The notes under the pieces were generated by a model. The model did not search any database. It worked only from the letters and a program-made list of their open reading frames with translations, and was not told the DNA's origin. Shown in pieces: positions 39,861 to 50,340 of a stretch of 64,000 nucleotides of DNA. The translations under genes were made by a program, and so were the position numbers. The stretch lies in assembly GCA_947448625.1 (NCBI GenBank), contig CANFOT010000002.1:27809-91808 (forward strand). The letters run 5' to 3'. Origin of the DNA: Burkholderiaceae bacterium. Its GTDB lineage: Bacteria; Pseudomonadota; Gammaproteobacteria; Burkholderiales; Burkholderiaceae. Numbering within the stretch: position 1 is the stretch's first letter; each line of letters starts with the position of its first letter.

Positions 39861-40436
39861 TTACTTTAAAACAGTAGCGGATTCAATCGTGACGGTCTTG
39901 CTTGGCACGTCTGACATACGACCCATTTTGGGAGCTGATGCAATCATGGTGGGGATTTTACGAATGGCATCAATCGTTTGAGTTCCGGAAATAACCTTGC
40001 CGAACACGGTATAGCCATTGCCCATTGCATTAGGATAATTTAAGCCTTCATTGTCTTTAACATTAATAAAGAACTGGGCTGTTGCTGAATCAGGATCAGA
40101 AGTGCGGGCCATAGCAATGGTGTATGTATCGTTCTTCAGCCCATTTTGAGCTTCTGAAACTACTGGTGCATTGGTTGGTTTTTGATTCATATCTGAAGTA
40201 AAGCCGCCGCCCTGAATCATGAAGCCATCAATTACTCGGTGAAAAATAGTGCCGTTATAAAAACCGCTGTTCACATAGCTCAAAAAGTTAGCAGTGGTTT
40301 TGGGGGCCTTTACAGAATCCAACTCAACAACAAAATTACCCATCGTGGTTTTGAATTCCACCTTAGGGCCTGCAAAACTTGCAGCGCTAGCAACTAGGCT
40401 GGTGATCATGAATAGGGAGGCAATGATTTTGCGCAT
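39861..40436 (-). CDS. ppiA: Periplasmic cyclophilin-type peptidyl-prolyl isomerase
   Basis: Signal peptide; FHRVIDGFMIQGGG, IAMART, QFFIN, YTVFG. Confidence 0.92.
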   Translation of the reverse strand: MRKIIASLFMITSLVASAASFAGPKVEFKTTMGNFVVELDSVKAPKTTANFLSYVNSGFYNGTIFHRVIDGFMIQGGGFTSDMNQKPTNAPVVSEAQNGLKNDTYTIAMARTSDPDSATAQFFINVKDNEGLNYPNAMGNGYTVFGKVISGTQTIDAIRKIPTMIASAPKMGRMSDVPSKTVTIESATVLK

Positions 40437-40486
40437 ATTAAGTATCCTTAAAAATCTAGAAAAAAGAGTAAGTGTGATTGTATTGC

Positions 40487-41128
40487 TCAAAGACCGGAAG
40501 GCACTTGGCCGGCATACCGATAAGCCGCCTCTTCAAACATATTGGGTCGATCCAAATAATCTAAAGCCCAATCAATGGTGTCAACACCCCAAAAAGCATG
40601 GCCTTGGATAACTAAAGTCGGCACGCCGAATGCGCCATCCGCTTTTGCGCACTCTGTATTGCTAATGAGTTTTGCTTTTATCTCAGGCGTCTCCGGCTTT
40701 GGCGTGTCCATAGCTAAGCCAAGGTATTGGCAGAATTCTGGCCAAGATAAATTGGGATCCTTACCTTCCACCCAAACATATTCGAAGGCCCGCCCAATCA
40801 TTTCCCATTGGGCGTTTTGCTGGACTAGCAGACGTTGCGCCGCAACGGTAAGAAAAGGGTGGTGCTCAGGAAAGCGAAACGGTAGACCCAACTTTTCAGC
40901 GAGCCAGACGCAGTATTGATACGTGTGAGGGCGCTTTGCTTCAACTTCACCGGGACCGCGATTATCGGTTGCCCGAAATAGGCCGCCAAGCAAGATGGGG
41001 ACGGGTTGAATATCAACGCAATTCTCAAGCCGATGGCGCTGCTTGATATAGAAATAAGAGAAGGGAGAAATGATGTCGTAATAGAGTTTGCCCTGAATTG
41101 GCATGGCGCTGATCCTATCCTGAATCAT
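40487..41128 (-). CDS. 2-hydroxychromene-2-carboxylate isomerase / GST-kappa (DsbA-like) family protein
   Basis: YYDIISPFSY, PILLGGLF, GAFGVPT..FWG.D. Confidence 0.85.
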   Translation of the reverse strand: MIQDRISAMPIQGKLYYDIISPFSYFYIKQRHRLENCVDIQPVPILLGGLFRATDNRGPGEVEAKRPHTYQYCVWLAEKLGLPFRFPEHHPFLTVAAQRLLVQQNAQWEMIGRAFEYVWVEGKDPNLSWPEFCQYLGLAMDTPKPETPEIKAKLISNTECAKADGAFGVPTLVIQGHAFWGVDTIDWALDYLDRPNMFEEAAYRYAGQVPSGL

Positions 41129-42438
41129 TTCTTGTTTGAATCTTCATCTAGTTTGCGTAAGAAGGCCATCTTCTCGGCAATCTGACTTTCTAGACCACGG
41201 TCCACTGGTTCATACCAATGGGGCTCCGCCATTCCTTCGGGAAGGTAGGACTCTCCTGCAGCATAAGCGTGCGGCTCATCATGGGCGTAACGATATTCTT
41301 TGCCATGACCTAACTCTTTCATGAGTTTGGTTGGGGCGTTGCGCAAATGATTTGGAACTGGTTTGCTTTGATCATTTGCAACATAGGCTCTTGCTGCGTT
41401 GTATGCCTTATAGCTCGCATTGCTTTTGGCGGCTATTGCTAAGTACACAACTGCTTGCCCAAGCGCTAATTCCCCTTCAGGTGAGCCCAGGCGCTCAAAA
41501 GTTTGAGCTGCATCATTGGCTAGTTGCATTGCTCGTGGATCGGCAAGACCAATATCTTCCCAGGCCATCCGGATAATCCTACGGGCAAGATAACGGGGGT
41601 CTGCACCGCCATCTAACATGCGGCAGAACCAATACAAGGCTGCATCTGGATTGGAGCCGCGCACCGATTTATGGAGTGCGGAAATTTGATCGTAAAAATG
41701 ATCGCCACCTTTATCAAAGCGACGTGCTTGCACCGTTAACGCATTCTCAATGAATTGCTGATCTACTTTTTGAATCTGGGAATTAGGCGTCGAGACTGCA
41801 TTACGCACTTGTTCAACTAGATTCAGCAATCGGCGTGCATCGCCATCTGCATGAGAAATCAGGGTATCGATTGCCGCTGATTCAAATTCAACATCTGGCA
41901 TTGCGTATTCACGTGCTCGATCAAATAATTGCCTCAACTCTAAAGCGCTTAATGATTTCAATACATAGACTTGCGCGCGCGACAAGAGGGCTGAGTTAAC
42001 CTCAAACGAGGGGTTTTCTGTAGTCGCCCCAATAAAAGTAAATAAGCCAGACTCAACATGCGGCAATAAGGCATCTTGTTGGCTTTTATTAAAGCGATGG
42101 ATTTCATCAACAAACAGAATGGTTTGTCTGCCGTATTGAGACATGCTTTGCTGTGCTTGCTCGATCGCTTCGCGAATCTCTTTCACGCCAGCAAGAACAG
42201 CGGATATCGCAATGAACTCACGATCAAAAGCTTTTGCTGAAAGTCTGGCTAGTGTGGTCTTACCAACCCCAGGTGGACCCCAGAGAATCATCGAGTGCGG
42301 CTTGCCAGAAGCAAAAGCGAGATTGAGCGGTTTGCCTGAGGCTAGAAGATGCGCTTGACCAATGACTTCTTCAATCGTTTTTGGGCGTAAGGCTTCCGCT
42401 AAGGGTGGCGGAGGTGCTTGATCAAATAGATTGCCCAT
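41125..42438 (-). CDS. rarA: Replication-associated recombination protein A
   Basis: [40 protein letters not shown]. Confidence 0.96.
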   Translation of the reverse strand: MGNLFDQAPPPPLAEALRPKTIEEVIGQAHLLASGKPLNLAFASGKPHSMILWGPPGVGKTTLARLSAKAFDREFIAISAVLAGVKEIREAIEQAQQSMSQYGRQTILFVDEIHRFNKSQQDALLPHVESGLFTFIGATTENPSFEVNSALLSRAQVYVLKSLSALELRQLFDRAREYAMPDVEFESAAIDTLISHADGDARRLLNLVEQVRNAVSTPNSQIQKVDQQFIENALTVQARRFDKGGDHFYDQISALHKSVRGSNPDAALYWFCRMLDGGADPRYLARRIIRMAWEDIGLADPRAMQLANDAAQTFERLGSPEGELALGQAVVYLAIAAKSNASYKAYNAARAYVANDQSKPVPNHLRNAPTKLMKELGHGKEYRYAHDEPHAYAAGESYLPEGMAEPHWYEPVDRGLESQIAEKMAFLRKLDEDSNKK

Positions 42439-42448
42439 GTGTGCTGAT

Positions 42449-42928
42449 TTAGTTCTGCACAAACAAAATGACTAGCGCGGCCCAAATTAAACATCCGGCA
42501 GAGACTAGCGTGAGTCGATTGCGCAAGGCGATGAACGCATTGCATGCCTCTTCACTGGAAAAATAGTATTGATAGGTTTCTTTATCAATATTGCACTGAA
42601 TGACTAATGCGGATGCCAGGATCACCAACCCTACTGGTATGTAGATATGCAGCGCAACCCAGGCAACTAAGGCCGGTATCACACCCCAGATCCATGCGTT
42701 GCGATCTTCCCAGCGATCACCCGGAGGTGCTTTGCCTAAAGTATGTAGGTTAGCCCCCCAATGCAATGCCCCCATAAATGCAGTAATGATTGCCCCGTAT
42801 CCAGCTAAGGATTCTGCGCTTAAATAATTCAGTGGAGTAGGGGCCAGCTGCACCATTAAGGCGAGACCGACAAAAGGAATTAGGCCTGCATAGGCTAATT
42901 TACGGACTAGAGGTGGCAATGGGTTCAC
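42449..42928 (-). CDS. DUF3429 membrane protein
   Basis: LAYAGLIPF, YGAIITAFMGALHWG motif; four TM segments. Confidence 0.8.
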   Translation of the reverse strand: MNPLPPLVRKLAYAGLIPFVGLALMVQLAPTPLNYLSAESLAGYGAIITAFMGALHWGANLHTLGKAPPGDRWEDRNAWIWGVIPALVAWVALHIYIPVGLVILASALVIQCNIDKETYQYYFSSEEACNAFIALRNRLTLVSAGCLIWAALVILFVQN

Positions 42929-42970
42929 AAAAACTTCTTTATTTGAATGAATGGGTAGTGATCAGGGAAA

Positions 42971-43825
42971 TTATTGATCGTAGGTGTAGACGCCACGTCC
43001 AGTCTTGCGACCAAGGTAGCCTGCAGCAACCATCTCACGCAGTAGTGGGCAAGGACGATACTTTGAATCGCTGAAGTTCTCAAAATAGACTTCCATGACA
43101 GCTAGGCAAGTATCCAGCCCAATTAAGTCAGCTAATGCGAGTGGGCCAATGGGTTGATTGCAACCCAACTTCATGCCAGCATCAATATCTTCAGGGCTGG
43201 CAAGACCTTCATATAGAACAAAGAAGGCTTCGTTGATCATTGGTAACAAAATGCGGTTAACAACAAAACCGGGGGAGTTCTTGACGGTGACGGGCTCTTT
43301 GCCGATACGCTTAGCCATGTCAATAATGGCGGCATGTGTTGCGTCAGAAGTTTGCAGGCCTCGAATCACCTCAACCAAAGCCATCATCGGGGGTGGATTG
43401 AAGAAGTGCATACCAATAAAGCGGCTTGGATTGGAGTCTAGGGCGGCAAGCTTGGTAATGGAGAGTGAAGAGGTGTTAGTAGCAATGAGGGTTTCTTTGC
43501 TGACGATCTCGTCTACTTGTCTCAATATCTTTTCTTTAATAGCTTGATTCTCAGTAGCCGCCTCGATGACTAATTGCAGTCCTTTGAAGTCGGCATACGA
43601 CGTACTACCTTTGATGCGTTTTAATGCTGCATCTTTGCCTTCAGTCGTGAGGGTTTCTTTTTTAACAAGGCGATCTAAGCTCTTGCTAATTTGACTCAAG
43701 CCACGCTCAACAGCAGCATCACTGATGTCGACCATCACCACATCTAGTCCAGCAACTGCGCATACTTGCGCAATACCATTGCCCATCGTGCCTGCACCAA
43801 TTACACCGACCGATTGAATCTTCAT
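42971..43825 (-). CDS. hbd: 3-hydroxybutyryl-CoA dehydrogenase (start 43825)
   Basis: GAGTMG, EAATEN, NTSSLS, HFFNP, GFVVNR, GPLALADLIGLD. Confidence 0.93.
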   Translation of the reverse strand: MKIQSVGVIGAGTMGNGIAQVCAVAGLDVVMVDISDAAVERGLSQISKSLDRLVKKETLTTEGKDAALKRIKGSTSYADFKGLQLVIEAATENQAIKEKILRQVDEIVSKETLIATNTSSLSITKLAALDSNPSRFIGMHFFNPPPMMALVEVIRGLQTSDATHAAIIDMAKRIGKEPVTVKNSPGFVVNRILLPMINEAFFVLYEGLASPEDIDAGMKLGCNQPIGPLALADLIGLDTCLAVMEVYFENFSDSKYRPCPLLREMVAAGYLGRKTGRGVYTYDQ

Positions 43826-43826
43826 G

Positions 43827-44561
43827 CTATTTCCTCTTTTGATACTGTGATGAACCAAATAATTGCTCTCTTGCTTTGTCGTCATGCAGGGGCTTACGTA
43901 ATGCAGTTAATACTTCCACACCCCGTTTCACAGCTGGACGCTCACCAATCATCTCAAACCAGCGCTTGAAATGTGGATATTCATTGATATCGATGCCTTG
44001 GTTCTTCCAATTGCGCGTCCAAGGAAAAATGGCGATATCAGCAATTGAATAAGCCCTCCCGGCAATATAAGGATTATCTTTCAGTTGATGATCAATCACG
44101 CCATATAAACGCTTAGCTTCATTAGTGTAGCGATTGATTGCGTAGTCGATTTTCTCTGGTGCGTAGATCCGAAAGTGGTGGTTTTGCCCTAAAAGAGGCC
44201 CTAAACCGCCCATCTGAAACATCAGCCATTGCAGCACTTCGTATTTTCCGCGAGTGGATTTGGGTAAAAACTTCCCAGTTTTAGCGGCCAGATATAGCAG
44301 GATCGCTCCAGACTCAAAGAGGTGGATAGGTTTGCCATCTGGACCATGAGGATCTGTGATGGCTGGAATCTTGTTATTTGGGCTGATTGCCAAGAAGTCA
44401 GGCTTGAACTGATCACCGGCCCCAATATCAATTGGATGGGCAATCCAATCTTTGCCCAATCGATAGCCGCACTCCTCGAGCATGATGTGGACCTTATGGC
44501 CATTTGGCGTTGGCCAGCTGTAAACATCAATGATGTCTTTATGGGGTTTACTTATAGCCAC
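43827..44561 (-). CDS. Nu-class glutathione S-transferase / disulfide oxidoreductase (YfcG-like); GTG start about 44561
   Basis: WPTPNGHK, SPNNKIPAI, FESGAIL, YSIADIA. Confidence 0.9.
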   Translation of the reverse strand: MAISKPHKDIIDVYSWPTPNGHKVHIMLEECGYRLGKDWIAHPIDIGAGDQFKPDFLAISPNNKIPAITDPHGPDGKPIHLFESGAILLYLAAKTGKFLPKSTRGKYEVLQWLMFQMGGLGPLLGQNHHFRIYAPEKIDYAINRYTNEAKRLYGVIDHQLKDNPYIAGRAYSIADIAIFPWTRNWKNQGIDINEYPHFKRWFEMIGERPAVKRGVEVLTALRKPLHDDKAREQLFGSSQYQKRK

Positions 44562-44575
44562 GATGAATTCCTTTG

Positions 44576-45778
44576 TTATAGGTTTTGTAAACGCTCTAAT
44601 GCTGCAGAAAGCGTTGCTTCTTTTTTCGCAAAACAAAAACGGATGACACCTGATTCCACTGGCTTCGCATAAAAAGCAGAAACAGGAATTGCGGCTACGC
44701 CAATCTCGGTAGTGAGCCAGGAGCAAAAATCGGCTTCACTTAACTTAGCTTGAGGAATACTCAGTGCAGTGTAATTAACGCACTGGAAATAGGTTGCTGG
44801 TGCCGGTAATAATGTGAAGCCAGTCTTTGCCAAGCCCTGGCTGAAGAAATCCCGTTTCGCTTGATAAAAAGAGGGCAGACTTAAATAATGCACTGGATTT
44901 TTTAGGTAGCTTGCCAAACCATATTGCATGGGTGTATTTACTGTAAATACATTGAACTGATGCACCTTGCGAAACTCATTCATCATTGCTACAGGTGCGG
45001 CTACATAGCCCACCTTCCAGCCTGTGACATGATAGGTCTTGCCAAAGCTCGATATCAGGAAGCTTCTTGCCGCTAATTCAGGATGACTTGCAATACTCTG
45101 ATGAGCAAAGCTGTCATACACCATGTGCTCATAGACCTCATCACTCAAGATGAGTGCATTGGTGTTCCTGACTAAATCTGCCAAGCGATCAAGGTCGGCT
45201 ATTTGCCACACCATGCCGGTTGGATTATGTGGCGTGTTGATGACGATGAGTCTGGTTGTGGGTTTGATTGCTTTTGCTAAATTATCCCAAGGAATTGAAT
45301 AAGAATGTACGCATGCATTTTCATCGCGATTGGCAATCAACGATATAGCGATGGTCTTGCCTCCAGCTAAATCAATTGATGGGCGGTAGCTATCGTAGGC
45401 GGGCTCAATGATGACGACTTCATCGCCTGGACTGACGCACGACAAGATTGCCGTCATGATTCCTTGAGTGCCACCAGCGGTGATGGTGATTTCTGTCTCG
45501 GCGTTGTAGTCATGGCCATATAGAGCAGATATTTTCTGAGCAACGCCGTGACGCAATTCAGTGATCCCGGTCATCGGGGGATATTGATTGTGATCCGCCA
45601 GCATTGCTGTGTTGACTTCAGATATTAATTGTTGATCGCAAGGAAAGTCCGGAAAGCCTTGGCCTAGGTTGATGGCTTGGTGCTTTGCTGCAAGGGCAGA
45701 CATCACCGTAAACACTGTGGTTCCCACCTCCGGCAGGCGGCTAGAAAATGCTGGTGTCAGAAGGGGGCTTTGGTCCAT
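44576..45778 (-). CDS. ybdL: PLP-dependent methionine aminotransferase (YbdL-like)
   Basis: INLGQGFPD, NTPHNPTG, SDEVYEH, SFGKTYHVTGWKVGY, IRFCFAK. Confidence 0.9.
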   Translation of the reverse strand: MDQSPLLTPAFSSRLPEVGTTVFTVMSALAAKHQAINLGQGFPDFPCDQQLISEVNTAMLADHNQYPPMTGITELRHGVAQKISALYGHDYNAETEITITAGGTQGIMTAILSCVSPGDEVVIIEPAYDSYRPSIDLAGGKTIAISLIANRDENACVHSYSIPWDNLAKAIKPTTRLIVINTPHNPTGMVWQIADLDRLADLVRNTNALILSDEVYEHMVYDSFAHQSIASHPELAARSFLISSFGKTYHVTGWKVGYVAAPVAMMNEFRKVHQFNVFTVNTPMQYGLASYLKNPVHYLSLPSFYQAKRDFFSQGLAKTGFTLLPAPATYFQCVNYTALSIPQAKLSEADFCSWLTTEIGVAAIPVSAFYAKPVESGVIRFCFAKKEATLSAALERLQNL

Positions 45779-45846
45779 GCGGGCGGTTTAGGGCAGATAA
45801 GGTGTGTAGTCGCTAGAATGGTAGAAATTCATACTCAAATTGTGCC

Positions 45847-46623
45847 ATGTTGATCGTCCTTTCACCTGCTAAATCTTTAGATTACAAAACCCCTGCCAAG
45901 GTTAAGGCCCCCACCTTGCCGGAGTTTGTCGCGGAATCCGCCAAGTTGATCACCGAGTTGAAGAAGCTATCGCCGCAGGAGGTCGCCAACCTGATGGGCT
46001 TGTCGGATCAGCTAGCCGCACTAAATGTAGGGCGTTATCGTGATTGGTCTAAGAAATTTAGCGAGGAAAATAGTAAGCCGGCTATTTATGCCTTTAATGG
46101 CGATGTGTACGATGGATTTGATGTCAAGACGCTGAATGCCAAGGGGATTGATTTTGCCCAGGATCACATTCGGATCTTGTCAGGTTTATATGGTGCGTTA
46201 CGCCCCCTCGATCTGATGCAGCCCTACCGCCTAGAAATGGGTACCTCCTTCAAGAACATCCGAGGTAAGGATTTGTATGCTTTTTGGGGTGAGCGTGTGA
46301 CTGATTCCTTAAAGCATATTTTGGAGACTCAAAAGAGGCCGACACTCCTCAATTTGGCCTCCGAGGAGTATTTCAAAGTATTACAAGCAAAGAACTTGGG
46401 TTGCCCAGTTATTTCTCCTGTCTTTCAGGATGCTAAAGACGGTAAGTACAAAATTATTTCCTTTTATGCCAAGCGGGCTAGGGGCTTAATGGCTCGGTAT
46501 GTGGTTGAGAACCGGATCACTGATCCCGCAGAGTTGAAGGGCTTTAATTTAGATGGCTACAAATATGTTGCATCTGAATCCAGGCCAGAAAAACCCTTGT
46601 TTAGACGTCCCGAAAGAAAGTAG
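45847..46623 (+). CDS. yaaA: Peroxide stress protein YaaA
   Basis: LSPAK, LSGLYG.LRPLD...[22 protein letters not shown]. Confidence 0.96.
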   Translation: MLIVLSPAKSLDYKTPAKVKAPTLPEFVAESAKLITELKKLSPQEVANLMGLSDQLAALNVGRYRDWSKKFSEENSKPAIYAFNGDVYDGFDVKTLNAKGIDFAQDHIRILSGLYGALRPLDLMQPYRLEMGTSFKNIRGKDLYAFWGERVTDSLKHILETQKRPTLLNLASEEYFKVLQAKNLGCPVISPVFQDAKDGKYKIISFYAKRARGLMARYVVENRITDPAELKGFNLDGYKYVASESRPEKPLFRRPERK

Positions 46624-46634
46624 GAGAGCGCTCT

Positions 46635-47846
46635 ATGGCTATTCATCGCACCAAATCCTCGCAACGAGCGTCACCAGATGTTGAGCGCCTTGTGGCGGAT
46701 GCCATCTCTTTGGCGGCCTCTGGCAGTCAGATTGAAGATCGTTTTTGGGAAGAGCGTTTAAATATTCGCTTAATGCGTTTATTAAAAAGTCAAAATCAAA
46801 ATGTGATTGATGCTGCTTTAGATCAAACATTCCGAATTAACACTGTAGCTTTCGAAGTGCTGGCTGATTCAGCGGAGACGCTGGCTGAATCACTCATGAT
46901 GGAACATGAGGGTCAGAATTGGGATGTATTGTTATTGGCGTTACCAATCGTTGCGCATACCCGTTATCAAATTCCCTCGGGGGCTCTTCCAGCCAATGTC
47001 ATTGAGTCAACCGCAGCTGCACTGCATAGCGCAATTGCTTCCACAGATACACGCTTAGCCATTGTTCCCTGGCTCTACAGTATTGATCAAATGCCGCATT
47101 CCCATTGCCAAACACGCCTACTTACTGAAGCCTTAGCTACAGCGGCTATCACTGCTAGTGAGATTAAGTTGGAGCTTCGTGAGATGTCAGAGACGATTGC
47201 AGTATTGGCTGACCCACGCTTTATTATTGCCGCGGTTGCTGCGCCCTCTGGCACACCATTATTTCGCTGGCAAGCAGAATCACCGGCGCGACAAGAGCGG
47301 GGGGTCAGTCTAATTGGTTGGCAAAACACTATGCAAGAGTCGGTTGCCTCGCTCTTGCCGGGTTGCGAGTTTGAACTCTTGCTACCAGAAGCCTACTTCA
47401 CCAACTGCCGTTTGGCAGATAAACAAGTGCGCCCATTAAGCATCCGTGCCGCTGTGAATTTTCTAGAGAGCACTCTTGGAGTCTTGCCCTCTGGATTGTC
47501 TTGCGTAGTAGGGGCGTTCGGTGAAGACCAAGCGGATGAGTATCGAATCTCTTTTAGCTTAAAAGGATCCTCCGATGTTGTTTATGGTGTGATTTGGCCT
47601 TTATACGATCGAGAAAGTGTTGCTAATGACGCCCTCAATGATTTGTCTGATGATGAAAGCCCTATGAAGCGGATTGCAGACGCAGTTCGTGACGCTGGTG
47701 TCGACGATGTCTTCCGTCATGCAATGCTATTTGATCCAGAGCTTTGCGATGATTGTGGAGCGCCGCTATTTCCTGATCGTTCCGGAGATGCTGTGCATGC
47801 GGAACTGCCAGATGATGCGCCAACTCAACAACCCTTATTTCATTAG
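46635..47846 (+). CDS. DUF2863 family protein
   Basis: SGSQIEDRFWE N-terminus and CDDCGAPLFP...HAELP C-terminus, recognised as a Burkholderiales DUF2863 pattern. Confidence 0.75.
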   Translation: MAIHRTKSSQRASPDVERLVADAISLAASGSQIEDRFWEERLNIRLMRLLKSQNQNVIDAALDQTFRINTVAFEVLADSAETLAESLMMEHEGQNWDVLLLALPIVAHTRYQIPSGALPANVIESTAAALHSAIASTDTRLAIVPWLYSIDQMPHSHCQTRLLTEALATAAITASEIKLELREMSETIAVLADPRFIIAAVAAPSGTPLFRWQAESPARQERGVSLIGWQNTMQESVASLLPGCEFELLLPEAYFTNCRLADKQVRPLSIRAAVNFLESTLGVLPSGLSCVVGAFGEDQADEYRISFSLKGSSDVVYGVIWPLYDRESVANDALNDLSDDESPMKRIADAVRDAGVDDVFRHAMLFDPELCDDCGAPLFPDRSGDAVHAELPDDAPTQQPLFH

Positions 47847-47880
47847 CCGAATTTATTTCATCTTCAAAACTGAAAGATGC

Positions 47881-47917
47881 CAATAAAAAAGCCGAGAATG
47901 TCTCGGCTTTTTTATTG
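47881..47917. terminator. Bidirectional intrinsic terminator
   Basis: CAATAAAAAAGCCGAGA-ATG-TCTCGGCTTTTTTATTG perfect inverted repeat. Confidence 0.92.
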
Positions 47918-47931
47918 TGAAGCGCTTACTC

Positions 47932-48306
47932 TTAGTTCTGTGTAAATGGCTCTGAGTTAGCAAACAAGTGTGGGAGCTTGCCAGTTTTCATTTCAGCTGT
48001 TTGGCAGAAATCAGCCAGGCGAGTTCCAGACTTAATATTAAAAAGCATTGCCTTGTTACCTAGCACCACAAGATCATGCCCAGTAGTGGTGTTCTTGTAA
48101 CGCAAGCTTCCTGGAAGAGAGTTTTCGCGCTTCAAGTCAAAGGTTTTGGATTCCCAGGTCAGGCGCACAGTTTCTGTTGTGCCTGAAGTTTTGAATTGTT
48201 TGCTTTCGCTACAAGTCCAAGTGGATACTTCTTCGCTAGCAATCGCTGATGCTGATCCCAGGAGACCAGTTAAAGCCAAGCTAACGACGAGAAGGTTTTG
48301 CTTCAT
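47932..48306 (-). CDS. Exported hypothetical protein, possible MliC/PliC-like fold
   Basis: Signal peptide ending AIA-S, two Cys (TWTC...DFCQ), SLPGSLRY; SD AAGGA. Confidence 0.7.
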   Translation of the reverse strand: MKQNLLVVSLALTGLLGSASAIASEEVSTWTCSESKQFKTSGTTETVRLTWESKTFDLKRENSLPGSLRYKNTTTGHDLVVLGNKAMLFNIKSGTRLADFCQTAEMKTGKLPHLFANSEPFTQN

Positions 48307-48318
48307 GTGTATTGATCC

Positions 48319-49308
48319 TTATGAGAGGAGATGCTTAACGCCTGCTTGTTCTTCAAGCAATTCGTTCAGAGTGTGATTCATACGTTCACGCGAAAACTCA
48401 TCGATTTCCAAGCCTTCAATCATTTTGTATTCACCGTTTTCGCAAACTACCGGATAGCCGTAGATGACTTCAGCAGGAATGCCGTACTCACCCTTAGATG
48501 GAATGCCCATCGTGACCCATTTACCATTAGTACCGAGAACCCAGTCACGAATGTGATCGATTGCAGCGTTTGCAGCAGAAGCTGCTGAAGACAAGCCGCG
48601 TGCTTCGATAATGGCTGCGCCACGTTTGCCAACTGTAGGAATGAAAGTGTCCTTATTCCATGCTGCATCATTGATGCTGTCTTTTACAGACTTGCCATCG
48701 ATAGTTGCAAAGCGGTAGTCAGGGTACATGGTTGGGCTGTGGTTACCCCAAACAACTAATTTCTCAATATCAGCAACCGGCTTGTTCAGCTTGTTTGCCA
48801 ATTGAGAAAGAGCGCGGTTGTGATCCAAGCGCAACATAGCAGTGAAGTTTTTCGCAGGAATATCTGGTGCGGATTTCATAGCGATGTAAGCGTTGGTATT
48901 TGCTGGGTTACCAACAACCAATACTTTGACCGTCTTCTTAGCAACCGCATTCAATGCTTTGCCTTGAGCCGTGAAAATCTGTGCATTTGCTGAGAGCAAA
49001 TCTTTGCGCTCCATGCCTGGTCCACGTGGACGTGCACCGACTAAGAGGGCAATGTCAATATCTTTGAATGCTGTCATTGGGTCGGAGTGGGCTGTCATGC
49101 CAGCCAATAATGGGAATGCGCAATCTTCCAGTTCCATCATCACGCCAGCTAAGGCTTTTTGAGCTTTTTCGTCTGGAATTTCCAATAACTGGAGAATAAC
49201 TGGCTGATCTTTGCCTAATAAGTCGCCATTAGCGATGCGAAAGAGTAGGGAATATCCGATTTGACCGGCTGCACCGGTGACTGCTACACGCATTGGGGCT
49301 TTTGCCAT
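48319..49308 (-). CDS. mdh: Malate dehydrogenase
   Basis: [35 protein letters not shown]. Confidence 0.99.
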   Translation of the reverse strand: MAKAPMRVAVTGAAGQIGYSLLFRIANGDLLGKDQPVILQLLEIPDEKAQKALAGVMMELEDCAFPLLAGMTAHSDPMTAFKDIDIALLVGARPRGPGMERKDLLSANAQIFTAQGKALNAVAKKTVKVLVVGNPANTNAYIAMKSAPDIPAKNFTAMLRLDHNRALSQLANKLNKPVADIEKLVVWGNHSPTMYPDYRFATIDGKSVKDSINDAAWNKDTFIPTVGKRGAAIIEARGLSSAASAANAAIDHIRDWVLGTNGKWVTMGIPSKGEYGIPAEVIYGYPVVCENGEYKMIEGLEIDEFSRERMNHTLNELLEEQAGVKHLLS

Positions 49309-49362
49309 TACTAATAACTCCAGTTGAGGTTAATTAATGAAATCTTTTCTATTATCCATTCA

Positions 49363-49392
49363 AGTGTATGGACTTTCCATTTACACTGTCAA
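49363..49392 (-). promoter_or_regulatory. sigma70 promoter of mdh
   Basis: TTGACA (49392-49387), N18, TACACT (49368-49363). Confidence 0.6.
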
Positions 49393-49416
49393 TCATGTCT
49401 TATATAAGATATGAGA
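49391..49416. promoter_or_regulatory. SdhR (GntR/HutC family) operator
   Basis: Palindrome ATGTCTTATATAAGATAT matching the betaproteobacterial SdhR motif (TCTTATGTCTTATATAAGACATAAGA), between divergent mdh and gntR. Confidence 0.8.
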
Positions 49417-49458
49417 TAAGGCTAAATTTTATCTAATTCAAGGTGTACTGGAGTTAAT

Positions 49459-50196
49459 TTGTCACTGATATCCGAACCAATTGCCTCGTTTAGTCCGCTT
49501 TATGAGCAAATTAAGGCCATGATTTTGGCTAGTTTGCAAGCCTCCGAATGGTTGCCTGGCGACGCTATTCCTAGTGAAATGGAGCTTGCAGCTCGCTACG
49601 CAGTTAGCCAAGGTACGGTGCGCAAGGCAATTGATGAGTTGGCCGCTCAAAATTTACTGGTGCGTCGTCAGGGCAAAGGTACTTTTGTAGCCACCCACCA
49701 AGAGGAAGATTTTCAATATCGCTTTTTGCGGCTCGAACCTGATTCAGGCGAGAGACTCCATCTCAAAAACCAGTTTTTAGCCTGTGAAAACATTAAATCT
49801 GATGCTTATATTGCGAGATTGCTTAAATTAAAGGCAGGTGACCCGATTATTCGAATTGATCGAGTGCAGTCATCTGCGGGGCGGCCGATCGTTTTTGAGG
49901 AGATTTGGCTGCCAGAAGGGCGTTTTGAGGGGCTGACTTTAGGGGCTTTAAGTGCTTGGTCAGGGCCCATGTATGCCTTTTATGAAAGTAAGTACGCTAC
50001 ACACATGGTGCGCGCCGAGGAAAAAATTAAGGCTGTTTTGGCTAATTCAGAAATTGCAAAGCACTTACAAGTTTCGGAAGGCGCCGCCTTATTATCGGTT
50101 GAGCGCGTGGCTTTTACCTACGGGAATAAACCAGTAGAAATTCGGCGCGCAAGGTATGACACTTCTGATCAGCACTATGACAATAAATTGAACTAG
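49459..50196 (+). CDS. sdhR: GntR/HutC-family regulator SdhR
   Basis: PLYEQIK, IPSEMELA, VSQGTVRKA, RRQGKGTFV; UTRA domain; upstream of sdh. Confidence 0.9.
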   Translation: MSLISEPIASFSPLYEQIKAMILASLQASEWLPGDAIPSEMELAARYAVSQGTVRKAIDELAAQNLLVRRQGKGTFVATHQEEDFQYRFLRLEPDSGERLHLKNQFLACENIKSDAYIARLLKLKAGDPIIRIDRVQSSAGRPIVFEEIWLPEGRFEGLTLGALSAWSGPMYAFYESKYATHMVRAEEKIKAVLANSEIAKHLQVSEGAALLSVERVAFTYGNKPVEIRRARYDTSDQHYDNKLN

Positions 50197-50340
50197 GTAG
50201 TACACTCGAAAAATCAGTAAAAACCAGTATTTAACCCCTTTAAACGCTAAAAAGTACCCAACACCTTCAAGGTTTCCAATAGAATATGTTGCGACACAAC
50301 AAAACCACACTGAACCTCCACCGAAAGATTGAGATTGCCC

